DNA from: Yuukianura sp. NJ FZ-2021
Taxonomy: Eukaryota
DNA: 64,000 nt
NCBI GenBank assembly: GCA_046563655.1
Contig: CM102285.1
Coordinates: 5,704,001 to 5,768,000, forward strand
Direction: 5' to 3'
Part shown: positions 1 to 11,456 of the stretch, one piece after another
How the letters are laid out: the number at the start of each line of letters is the position of its first letter
Position numbering within the stretch: the stretch's first letter is position 1
Notes under the pieces: generated by a model
What the model was told of the DNA's origin: nothing
The model's database searches: none
The model's input: only the letters and a program-made list of their open reading frames with translations
Translations under genes and position numbers: made by a program

Positions 1-144
1 GCAAACAGCGCAATCAGACGCAAGATGACTGTACAGGTCAGCTTCACTTCGAAACTTACGCTTGCAAATCGAGTCATACCAGCACCCTCGGGTTTTGGTC
101 TTCTGTTCCAGTCGTTTATAACTATGTTCGATCCGCTCTTCCAC

Positions 145-2388
145 CTAGTATTCAATGATGGATTGGTTTAGATTATCCGCAGGATCGAATTGTTCATTCA
201 AACTTACGGTATGGCATGGTGTTCCGCATAAGCAGGTCGCTACACAAACATGGCGATGCCATTCTCCACGCCCCACCCCCGAAACTCGGTCACACGGACA
301 AGCTTGTACAACTCTCGGAACCGACAGATGATGTCGAACGTGTTCCCTCCACACTTCCGTGTCATCAAATGTGTTGGGAGGTTGATCGTTGGCAATTCCA
401 GGAAAATAACTTTTCGCATGATTTTCCGCTTCGCAGAACCCACAGAACCAACGGCTAGGGTCATGGATCGGACTGCACCTTAGATAAGAAGGCAGATCAA
501 TGTCCAAAAAGTGAGGAACAGCTAAGATCTCTGGTGTGCTGTTTTGGCCCGCTAAAAAGTCGCAGCGATAGTAGGTAAATCCTTCTTGGTTCATCTGTTC
601 ATGCGTCTCATCTAGGGTGTCCAGCGATCGCATTTGGTTGGCCGATGTGTCCCAGAACCTGATCCAACGGAAAACTTTGTAATGGTTTCATTCCGGTCCA
701 TTGTTCAACTCACATTGACCACAGACTTACATGATGGAGAAATTCTTGCTCATCACTTGACCTTTTCGTAATACGGGGCAGATTGAGACTAGGTTGTAGA
801 TGTCTTGTTCACAATCAGGGATTACGTTTGGATTTAACAGACGATCTCGGATGATTCCCGCCAATTTTCGTAAAAATCCGCTGGCTGATGCCATCTTCTC
901 GTTCGACAGTTGTAACGGTGTGTTGGAGATCGGAAACTCCTCCTGGATACGTCTCTCAATTCCGTCCACTAAGTGCTACCAAAATCATAATATCATCAAT
1001 GTATTCGTTAGGTTACACCACTCTACATTTCGGTTCAGGGTAATCACGTTACATTACTTACATAACGAATTCCTAAACCTCGAATCATGGTACGGCAAGC
1101 AGACAACATCTCAAAGTAGTTGTGAGGTGGTGCCTTCCAATTGACATTTCCTATAAAGTGGCTGTTAAGAGATGTCAGGTCGTCTTGAATATGCCAAAAT
1201 AATCGGCCGCTCATGAACGACTCCCATCGAATTGGAACCTTGCGTCGTTGGGCAATGCGGACCTCCCGCAGCCGTGGGCAGAAAATTAACCACTGTCAGT
1301 TTATAAACAGTTATCATAGACCCACCTCAGATGCAGTTTGGTTAATATCAATAGCGTCTTACCTCACAAATTTTTCGGATTAGCTCTTTGCCAGAGGTCC
1401 CATGGGTTTCAGTATACCGGAATCCCCAGTGTAAAATCCCGTCAGCAAAGAATCGTTTTTCTTCATCCGTTGTGTAGCCTTGCAGTAAACATCCTCGCAG
1501 GCGGTTCAACTAGTTCAGAAACAGCAACTTAGCAACGCCCTTTGGAGAAGGGACTATATACAACTTACCGTTCTAAACAAAACGTCTGGGTCGTAAGTCA
1601 GGAAGGGCATCAGGATTCCCCACATTAACCGGGCAATTTGCATGCCGTATCCTCTAGCACGCAAGGGTGGCAGGAGGTTGTAGTCCCACGACGACTTCGT
1701 GACCGAGTCCCCTCTATATTTCGTTGGGTCATCTGGTGGGAGAAAGAAGTACTTCATGTACTCGATGACACGTAATTCTGCACGGCTAAAAAGTAGGTCA
1801 TCTGCAGCTGTGTGCGTGGAGGTCGAATCCCCACCAGACTGCACCGGTCTCCATGTAGAAGCCTCCAATCCCATGGTATCTCTGTAGTTATCAACAAGTC
1901 TTTAGAGGTCAATATTCACGCGCCCCACTCGCCTAAATTAATACTTACGCAGACAACAATTCATCCGGCAGACTTTCCTCGTCCATCAGAGTCCGAGGAG
2001 CACTACTAATAGCGGGCGATTGCGGGGGAGAAGTTATGGAAGAGGCAGTGGAGGGCGATGGACATAAGATCGGGGTTCCCCGAGGAACTTTTCCACCGTG
2101 TAGAGGATGGTTGGGTCCGTTATTCCTGGGCACGAGGATCGTAATGGGCAAATTAGAGTCATTCTGATTAACTACCGTCTGCTTGACTGTCTTATGCCCT
2201 ACAGTGCCCCTCTGACGCGGTATGATGTTCACCTGCCGAGTAATTGCTCCGGGCGCGCTGAGTAGGGTACGTAGAACAGGAAACGGGGAACTCTCTCTGC
2301 TGGACGGGTTTGAGTTCTCCAGACTCGACCCCCTATAGCTCAGTAGCGGATCTGCGGTTTGACGATTGTTTTTGCGGGAACGGCCCAT
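145..2388 (-). CDS. Six-exon gene, ~629 aa, unknown function; S/P/R-rich N-terminus and Cys/His-rich (C2H2-like) C-terminus
   Basis: Exons 2388-1949, 1881-1569, 1509-1363, 1292-1062, 975-731 and 658-145 all have GTAAG donors and YAG acceptors. Phases join into one 1890-nt ORF. The C-terminus contains FCGFC...WREHVRHH and CPC...WHRHVC...CLC. Confidence 0.75.
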
Positions 2389-2740
2389 TGCACTTTCTGC
2401 AAACAAACAATAACATACATGAATCAGCACTTTCCATAATTAGCTTCTAATGTTATAATATTCAGGGTTGCACAGGAGATTGATCAAGAATTTGGGCTGC
2501 ATTCCGTTAACATTAGCACACAAAATACCCACTTACTCGTGATCCGCACAAAGGTTTCCAAGCCAACTATTATTAATAGCCATAATAACTTCACATAGCG
2601 CCAATAATTTTGAGTACATTACGTGTTCCGTAATTCTTTTCCGAATTCGACTCAAAGTTTATTTCCACCCCATTCAAATTACACCAAAAATATATACTCG
2701 TAATTGGTACAGATCTAACGACAACAACATTCGCTTATCA

Positions 2741-3706
2741 TTAAATTATTAACGGCTCATCTAAATCTCTTTCCACAAAATTCTTATTGATTAATACTAA
2801 TACTTGGCGCCGAACGTCTCTAGCTATTCCTTCGAGGTTTGCAGCTTCTAATCGAGACAGGGCTTGATAGTGACGCATCATCCCATCCACAAACATTTCG
2901 AAATGTTCTGGGAAAGTGGTAAGTAGCCGCCCTGATACTTCGGAGGCGCGGACAGTTTGGCCCAACCACCGATAACTAAAAGCGATGTCTCGATACGTGC
3001 TGACAACACGACGGTCTAGCAGATACGATCGGTCAAAGTGATATGGTTCATCTTCTGAGATGTAGACCCAATTGAACTCATCATGGAAGGTTCTGCTTAA
3101 CCGCCTGTTGTGTAACAAACTTCTCAATTCAACCACACTCATATGACGACCTACCACGTTTATATCTATTGATAAGTCAAATCGGCTTAGATACATCACA
3201 ATGGATAGAAAAGTCATGGGCGATAGGCTCAATGGCAGCGTTTTGAATACGGAGCAGGTTAATATAGTAGTGGCATACCTATCTCTACATCGTATGAAGC
3301 GCGCAAATTTTTTACGCGCCTTTTCCATGTTTTTAATCCTGCGCCTTGCCACTCGGCGAAATACTGGGAAAAACATAGAAACATTTTGTACTTCTAAAGT
3401 GTTTAGATATGACACGATATTTGAGACTACAACAGTCGGAAGGGTGTACATGACATGGTCCGAATAATATTTGGGCTCTGGGTCATTCGGATCCGGCAGC
3501 ACTGCTATGTCTTCGTCATCGTATGCCTCCCCTCCATTCGCAAAAGGTAACTCTCGCAGCAGCGCAACGTTCTCCTCGGCCCCCGCACTCCCATCGAATG
3601 GCAACTTTTGAAAAAGCAATTTGGTAATATATTGAGCGGCGCTGGCAGCTGAACATGGATGAGTGTACACGAACTGACTTCGGGAAGGTTGCCGCCACAT
3701 TGCCAT
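2741..3706 (-). CDS. Intronless F-box-like protein, 321 aa
   Basis: LPTVVVSNIVSYLNTLEVQNVSMFFPVFRRVA matches the F-box pattern. The ATG directly follows a TTTAG acceptor-like site. Confidence 0.55.
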   Translation of the reverse strand: MAMWRQPSRSQFVYTHPCSAASAAQYITKLLFQKLPFDGSAGAEENVALLRELPFANGGEAYDDEDIAVLPDPNDPEPKYYSDHVMYTLPTVVVSNIVSYLNTLEVQNVSMFFPVFRRVARRRIKNMEKARKKFARFIRCRDRYATTILTCSVFKTLPLSLSPMTFLSIVMYLSRFDLSIDINVVGRHMSVVELRSLLHNRRLSRTFHDEFNWVYISEDEPYHFDRSYLLDRRVVSTYRDIAFSYRWLGQTVRASEVSGRLLTTFPEHFEMFVDGMMRHYQALSRLEAANLEGIARDVRRQVLVLINKNFVERDLDEPLII

Positions 3707-6700
3707 CTAAACATTGTAAAACAACAGGTCACAACAAGGCCCTACCGCCCGTCGGTTAACCAGCCCTTAGTAATTCACACTTGGCGGTAGTTACGCTGAT
3801 TGGTTTTAGGGCATAGCAAAAGACTGCACAGCCCTATTATGCAACCCCAGGCGCTCTATACATCCCTACAACCGTGCACAAACAGCAGATTACTCGCTAA
3901 TTTATAACACAGTTTTCGCTTGGGCATTAACCTCAGAGTAACATGACGGATACAATGAGGGCTAGAGTAGTGTCAGGCAACCCTAGCAGCCGGACTGACC
4001 ACAATCATTGTCTCGATTGGCTGCTTACAAGGCTGGTTAGCAGTTGCAACATATCTTTGTAATCGGTTTTGGAATTTATGCATTCACTAACACCTCTGTC
4101 TCATTTTCGATCAACAAATAATTTAGTCCTCACACATATACCTACTAGTTACTTAACCGTTTTAATATTTCACGCTTAACTACGGCACTCAGTGGCGTTT
4201 TGCAATAAATTATGAAAATCACACCGACGCAACAATAGACGCATCTTTAGTTCACTCTAACCATTTCCTGTCAAGTTCATCCTTACACACTAGTTGACCT
4301 TTGCTTTCCCCTCTTGCCTCGTATCAGAATACATTAGGCTACCTAACCCAGCCAATTCGCTCACTTTCGCCACGTACCACTTGTGTTTCCTATTTCCAAT
4401 GCATGTGAAATACGTTGAAACCAACATGACATTTCTACAAGCTCAAGACAATTGCACTAATCAGCTTTTCTAACGACTTCGTAAATGCTTTTTATTTTTA
4501 TTTACACACAAATAACAACACAAAACAAAATTTAGCCTACGTTATGAATCGATATGCTTTTGTACGGTTTTCAAGCAAAGGGTTAATTGAAATTCAGCGT
4601 CACAGTTGATTCCTTCCTTTCCAGTGGAAACTACATCCCAACAAAACGATATTTGCAAAATACACCCAACGGCAAAATTTAAGGTTTAATTTCTTTTGAT
4701 ATGGTTGAGACCACCCATAACAGATGATTTCTCCTTCCAGCTTCGTTCAATTTCCTTTTGTTTCCTTGCCTGTTATTGGATTCGATTTTTTAGTTTACAG
4801 TTTTTTAAAGTTCCCAGCACTGCGCCCTTTCTTCACGCGCAGGAGTAAAACTCAGTCCACTTTACCATTGGACATTACTCCTCTCTCCATGTTCTTCATC
4901 ATCATCATCAGACATGAAAAAAGTATTTAGTAAAAACTGGCGCAATATTTTAAATATTAAATATTTTGGCCAAAAAACTCCAAAAGATTTACTTATTTAA
5001 CATTGAGGGCATGGGAAATTAAGTGGATCTTTAGTATCAAGAAACCCCAAACTATTTAAAGTGTTAACATTACAGGCATGGGGACTAAATATTTTTCTCA
5101 TGTCTACTCATCATGGAAGTACCGTAAAATAGGGATAGGGAGCGAAGATGAATATGGGTTTTGCGGCTTTATTCTGTACTTCCAATTTCATTTTTCCTCC
5201 TCTCTATTTCGATTGTATTATTTCTTACCTCGTGTTGTTTCGTTGGTTGACGATGACGCAGTGTGTGATGGAAGACAAGTGTGTAAATCCGGTAGTTCTA
5301 GCAGATGGTCAATCGCGAAGGAAAGTTAATCGATGAGTTACTCTAGGTTTAAATAGTCCAGTTTGGCATATCCCTTGACACCAGCACCAGGAAGAATTGA
5401 GGTGTTGTTTCTTTTTCTTTTTGCGTATATTTTTTTGTGTCCTTGTATTCAGCAAAGATCCACTCACTTTATGGATCCAGGAAGAGAGTGTTTCTCGTCG
5501 ACCTTGTCTCATGTTCCACTGGCCAAACCCAGACGGAAGAATAATAATGGCGTGAGTGGGCATCACCAGGACATACAAACTTGTTTGAAACACAACAACA
5601 CCCAAGTTCATTGAGATATGACGCAAATCTTTACTCACGCACGCACACGCTCACCTTGGCACATAATTTCCTTGTGCTCATTCTTACATTGTTTTGCAAA
5701 TTTTTTGTCCCGTCTCTCTTTCACTCACAAGGTTATCAGGAAGGTTCCTTTTGTAGTTACATCGCACAACTTCATTTCCGCATTTATGGACACGGCTTCG
5801 CGTGGTCCACGCGAATTTAGCGAAAGTGCATATTCATAGACACTTTTAAATTGAGAAGGGCGTGCGCGTCCACTGGTTTTTCAGATTGTGGCCCCACCAC
5901 GCCAAACATAGACCATCACGAAAACAATGTAAAAAGCTGCTGCCCTTGTCCTCGTCAACTTGGAAATGGGAATTTCCCATTCAGTCGTCACGCTCCTGCT
6001 CACCCAAACACAGGGTCGATGCCTAATTTTCGCACATTATACAAAACAAACCACCCTCCCTTTATTCCTCCATCTCCTTCCCCATGTCGAGTCGCTGTGC
6101 GTCCATCAAACGTAATTAGAATGGCCTCCGCAGCGCAGGAGTGGATTAGTTGAGCATAGTCTTTGCTTCACGCATCTGTCTCTGCCTTAACTTCAACCAG
6201 TCCGTAACCCGATCCGATTAGCTAATTGTATCCACTTGGGGAGTTTCACGTACCGCAATTAACAGTACACAGAACCACCAACACAAGTAAGTTTTATCCA
6301 CAATACATTCAACCATCACTATTGGCGTATGCTGGAAAACCCGCTTACGCGAATGTCCCTCTTCCTGTCCATTCCTGCTGCCGTCCTTCAAAGTGTGAAT
6401 CGAAGGGCATAGGACTGCAGTCACTATTTGATTATTTCAATGCATTTCACAGTACTCTCACCATCTCTTTCCCCATGTTTACTTTTCACTTGCTATTCTA
6501 TTTTCTCTCGTCTCAACAAATCCCGAGGTCCAAGCGAGGCTTAAACGCTAGTCAGCTTTTTATTATCGTTGATATCTATAGACTTTAAACAATACTTTGT
6601 AGCCGTCTAGACTCAGTGCTAGCATATATATTTCAGTACTTCTAAGGCACCAGGCCATGGCACCGAGGCGGTCTTGGTCATCGCTCTTGTTTCCTTCTTC

Positions 6701-7210
6701 CAATTCATTAACAGTCCTTCGCAATTTCCCCATCATCTCTACCATTACGATACGGGTCGCGAGGTCCGCTTGACCTTAGCTATCCGTCTTCCCAGGGTAA
6801 TCTATAACAGACCACAAACTATTATTCCAAAGCCTGTCTGCAGTTGACCTTTTCTCCAACACGGCCCCATACTAAACCTTTCCTCTCACCACCCCAACTT
6901 ACTTATTAAATTCCCACTCTGGACGTTGTGTAGGCATCGTGCTAGCATTCTTTCACATCTCTGTCATCAGCGCAGGATCGACCGCCAGGTAGAGTTCCAA
7001 CCCGAGTTTCTGTCCATCCTGTAATGGGAAACACACAAGAAATATAGTAGTCTCACATATAATGCTCATTTTTCTCCGTCCATGTGACACCATCGTGTAA
7101 CATGATCGACACTCCGAATTCCTTTACGTTTTACTTTATGATGTAGACTCCCACATTCTGATACACTTTTTTATTCTGACCGAGTTTTACCTTTCTACAG
7201 CAGCAACACC

Positions 7211-9007
7211 ATGAAAGTGGTACATAAAGGAAAAACAAACCCCCTCCGGGTTCCAGAGATGTTGGAAATAATACTGATGTACTTTTCCATGGCCGAGTTA
7301 AAATCATGCCGGCAAGTTTCGAAGCTCTGGAATAAGGAAGTTAGTCGCGTCTTGAGTAGGCGAGCCCACCCCATTTGCATTAGTACTGAAGACCAAGCAC
7401 GTGACCTCCTACGTACCCACCTGAGACCCTGCAACCTCCGGTTCTTGTCTGGCTTACGCTTCGAAATCAGCCTGGCCCAAACCATCGGCATCCATATTAC
7501 AACCTTGGATCTCGTTAAGCCCACGTGGACTGTCTTAATACCAACTTTAGCTTTTCACTTTTTGCCTAATTTAACCAAACTATCATTCACACTCGGCACT
7601 CTCCCTACACCTAATATCTTTAAAACCAAAGTGCCGACATCTGGAAGAATTTTATATAAGATTCACACTGTGCGTATTACGGTAAATTATGATACAAATT
7701 TTACTCTCATCCAACGGACCCAACAAAGCAATTTCCTTCATTTCCTCTTCTCTTCTATGCCCAATGTGGAATTCCTTTCCACAAATCCATACCAGCCAAC
7801 GCTTACGGATCTCTTCGGCCATATCGTGCAGGAGCCAATACGAGCTTCTGCCAACGCATCACCTATCCTCGACGCTGTTTTAAGTATGGAAGACCGCTAC
7901 TTTCCACGCCTCCAGCACCTTGATTTACCATTCCACCCTTGGACACTCCCGGACCAACTCAAGCACCGATCCTTCCCACTAACTAAATTGAGTTGGGTAA
8001 TAACACAAAGGCAATCGGCTTTCTCCATTCACACACTTGTCAATAGTTACTGTCATACTCTGACGACACTAACAATGGACTTCACATATGCTGTCGACTA
8101 TCAAACCGGAGCTAATGTTAGCAGGCTAGAACACTTTAAATATCTTAAAAATTTCACTCACCTCACCTCCATCGAATTCATTTCTTATCACCCTCTCTAC
8201 GTACTGGAATTTATACATCGAATCCCTAATTTGCTTTCTCTCACACTTCGGAAGGCACGCAACCTAAACAATCATTTCTACTCCCGTGATCCCCCAACTC
8301 CCAACATATCCTTGCGCAGTCTACTCATTGATCAAATTGAACCCGAATACAAGGTTCTCCCAATCGTTATACGCACCTGGGGCTCCTGGTTTCCTAACCT
8401 GCGCACATTGAATATCCGGTTTTTAACCAACAAGGCCTTTAGAGCAGTGATTACGTCCCTTCCGAATCTAACCACGCTGATAGCCAATGATGGCCTTTAT
8501 GATGATGAAGCTATAACCGGAACCGACCAGAAGCTCATGCAGACTGCCCTGGAACTCATGACAGACGGTCAAATTTCCTCATTAGACCGACATAAATACA
8601 ACCCTCGACTCTCCCAGCTCTTGCAACTGAAGGAACTGTATTTGAGCTCCAAGTTTCTGACTAGTTGTTCCATTTACTTTGGACTTTTAGATTGTCCCCA
8701 GCTATGTCATTTGACTTTAAAAGGTTATGGATTCTCTTCTTTAAGCCTTGTTACCCTCGCGACTCGACTCAACCTCTCTTACTTCGAAACTATTTTCTGT
8801 GCTCAACTAACTGTTAAAGGCGCACAAATGATCAAACGCAGCATGCCACACGCAGTCGTTAAATTGAACCATCTGCAACCTCCGCTTTCGCAGGCGGACA
8901 GACACCGCCTCGAGCGGTACCAGGTAGCAACCGCATCGAGGCCGGTATTAAAACGGGTAATCGAGGGCCAAATTTGTGACCGGATGATCAAATGCCCCAG
9001 AATTTAA
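7211..9007 (+). CDS. F-box/leucine-rich-repeat protein, 598 aa, intronless CDS
   Basis: N-terminal NPLRVPEMLEIILMYFSMAELKSCRQVSKLWNKEV is an F-box. It is followed by LRR-like repeats (LPNLTKLSF, FPRLQHLDL, FPNLRTLNI, LPNLTTLIA, CPQLCHLTL). An acceptor ttttacctttctacag ends at 7200. Confidence 0.8.
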   Translation: MKVVHKGKTNPLRVPEMLEIILMYFSMAELKSCRQVSKLWNKEVSRVLSRRAHPICISTEDQARDLLRTHLRPCNLRFLSGLRFEISLAQTIGIHITTLDLVKPTWTVLIPTLAFHFLPNLTKLSFTLGTLPTPNIFKTKVPTSGRILYKIHTVRITVNYDTNFTLIQRTQQSNFLHFLFSSMPNVEFLSTNPYQPTLTDLFGHIVQEPIRASANASPILDAVLSMEDRYFPRLQHLDLPFHPWTLPDQLKHRSFPLTKLSWVITQRQSAFSIHTLVNSYCHTLTTLTMDFTYAVDYQTGANVSRLEHFKYLKNFTHLTSIEFISYHPLYVLEFIHRIPNLLSLTLRKARNLNNHFYSRDPPTPNISLRSLLIDQIEPEYKVLPIVIRTWGSWFPNLRTLNIRFLTNKAFRAVITSLPNLTTLIANDGLYDDEAITGTDQKLMQTALELMTDGQISSLDRHKYNPRLSQLLQLKELYLSSKFLTSCSIYFGLLDCPQLCHLTLKGYGFSSLSLVTLATRLNLSYFETIFCAQLTVKGAQMIKRSMPHAVVKLNHLQPPLSQADRHRLERYQVATASRPVLKRVIEGQICDRMIKCPRI

Positions 9008-9989
9008 TGTGACCTACCCTTTCCTATCCCAGTCGTCCTTACAGTCTTCACTTTCCAGTTTTCGTGCACCATGCCCTGAATACCTACGAGTAGTTATAAA
9101 TATGCTAATTTTAGTCTTTCCAATATTGATTTACGCTTCTTCCCATAATTAGAATAAAATCCATTACGGTATACCCGCATATCAGTTCCGACTGCCACGA
9201 ATATTGTTTCCTTTCGCTCTCGAATTCCACTAGGGCTACAATATCACAAGAAGAGTTAAAACATCTAAGCCATTTGGATTGATTTCCGTTTAAATGAATG
9301 TCTCTTCAATACGAAACTTACCCTGGGTCATCCTATTGATAACGACTAATTCTTCTACACAACCACAATTTTATATTGCTCAATGTGTGACTGAGGGGTC
9401 ACGGTTTCACGATAATGACAGTACATCATTTGACCTGCACTTAAATTGCTACCCCTTGCTTTTCTGGAGGCAGAGTTGTCTTCACTATTCCTCTGATTTA
9501 CATTACACTCATCGTCGCATGTACATACCATGGGGGGTGCCTACTCGCAAACGACAAAACACGGCACACCACGCACAACCTCATGTTCGACGCATCCCAT
9601 TGTATTGTTAACCTTAGCCTGGTCTTACTTTACCAATTGGCTTCCTTAATTAAGGACTTAATGCAGCAGATTAGGGATGTAACTTGGCACTCAAATCATT
9701 CACCCCGCAACGTTGTCAGAGACGGCGGCTTAGCGCTACTGACTTCTCATTCCACCGCACAGTTCAACATTATACTCAAAATATGTTTACACAACGAAGT
9801 TTTGATATTACTAGGCCTATGACTAGGGCCAAATTTGCCCTTACTAGACATTTTTTACTAGATACTTACTACACTTAATTTCGGTTTTAAACAATGGCAA
9901 TTTCAATTTGTACAAAATCTATCCAAATATTTCCAAATCTAACTTCAGTTAAATGATTCACTTCAAATTGCCTTCAACTTTTATTGAAG

Positions 9990-10170
9990 TCTTAGTCTTC
10001 TGAAGACGCACGTCTACGACGTGCTGAAGAAGACTATTGATACGACTTTGTCTGTCCGTCTGTCCGTAACATTTTTTAAGACCCTTTCCAATGAACCATA
10101 AGCCCCATCGCAGTCGGGGGGTTATCTAAGGCTCAAATGTTTTCATTAGGTCTCCATTGTACTCAAAGTA
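9990..10170. repeat. Short dispersed repeat with (GTCC/GTCT)n microsatellite, DINE-1/Helentron-like
   Basis: Contains tgtctgtccgtctgtccg. Related heads occur at ~29555, ~31295, ~45685, ~58600 and ~62075. Boundaries are approximate. Confidence 0.4.
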
Positions 10171-11456
10171 CTAAATTAACAACGTAGAAGTTGTTTAATT
10201 ACGTTGTTAAATTCAGCCTGTTCAGAGGGGAGAAATTCTAACGTAAATTCATAATATGTACACAGAGTCCAGCAGAGTTACATGTACCTTTGCATGACAT
10301 CATTATGAACAAGCGATTTTCGGCTTATTAACTTATGCACTTAGTTTAACACACTGTGCCTCTTCCTGAACCGTTCTCGATTTAATCAATCAATCAATAA
10401 GTTTATTTGACATTGGCAATTGCCCTATCAAGTTACAGCTTAGTTTCGATTCAGTTTAGATTTAGGGTGAAGTGGAATTTTGGAATTGGAATTTAGAATT
10501 TAGAAATTGGAAATACGGTTGACGTAGAGTTAAAGACTAGGGTTGGTTTAACTGTTATTGAGATTATTGTTATTAAGCACCTGAGACAGTTGTTTGCGGG
10601 TGTAAGGGTGAATCGGCGGTTGAAAATGGTATCCTGAATGAGAGTTTTCGATTTAAAAGAAGGCATATTCGACCCATCCTGCTCAGCGTTCACATTTGTT
10701 GATCATGCACAAATCTCAGTTCGATATCACTAATTTGATGCCGGTTGACTTACGCTCTTTTCACTAATACTACATTGCCATGGCAACACCGACAATACAT
10801 TAGGTGCATCTTTAGGCACCTAACCTATCTTACTCCACAAACTAAGAACATCACTTCAGTGCACTATTTTGGGGCTCAAAACTGGAACATTAGGCTAGGT
10901 CGTAATGGGGTTACCCTAACCTGACCTAACCTAACCTAACCTATTCTAACCTAACCCAACCTAGATTTTGGCGCATTTTAAGGGTCAAATTGCCAACCCA
11001 ATTTTGGCACAGCTCATGCACAAAATAGCACTTTACATCCACACTAAAATTTTGAGTGACGTTTTAATACATCAATTCCATGAAAGCGGCCTCTCATTTA
11101 TTCTATATTCTTGAGACAGACGGGTTTAACGTCGTATCAATTGTCCACTCCCTCCAGAAGACCTATGCTCACCCCTTGAGCATCGCCCTACCATTGACGT
11201 GACTCCTGACAGGGAGAAACAACAACGAAGGCATGCTCGTATAAAGTCAGGTAAATCTAAAGTGCGACGCCACAGTCGTCCACTTCTTTCCTCTCGTGCA
11301 ACAACTCATCATCATTACCACTTCGGACTCATCCAACTTCGCAGCACAGTGCCCACCTCCACCGTTACACAATCACCACTCACAGGAGTGCTCAACAGTA
11401 AGTTCTCTTGAGGGTAAGCGATAATATTACAGATTTCTTATGGTTCTGTGTCGATT

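Noticed and set aside
3775..3795. CACAC-TTGGCGGTAG as LTR end plus PBS of the gypsy element
   Set aside because: The upstream sequence does not match the putative 3' LTR, and I could not match it to a tRNA 3' end.
10915..10965. (AACCT)n tract as a telomere
   Set aside because: Short, degenerate and internal; similar tracts occur inside MITEs at ~54955, ~56705 and ~59880.
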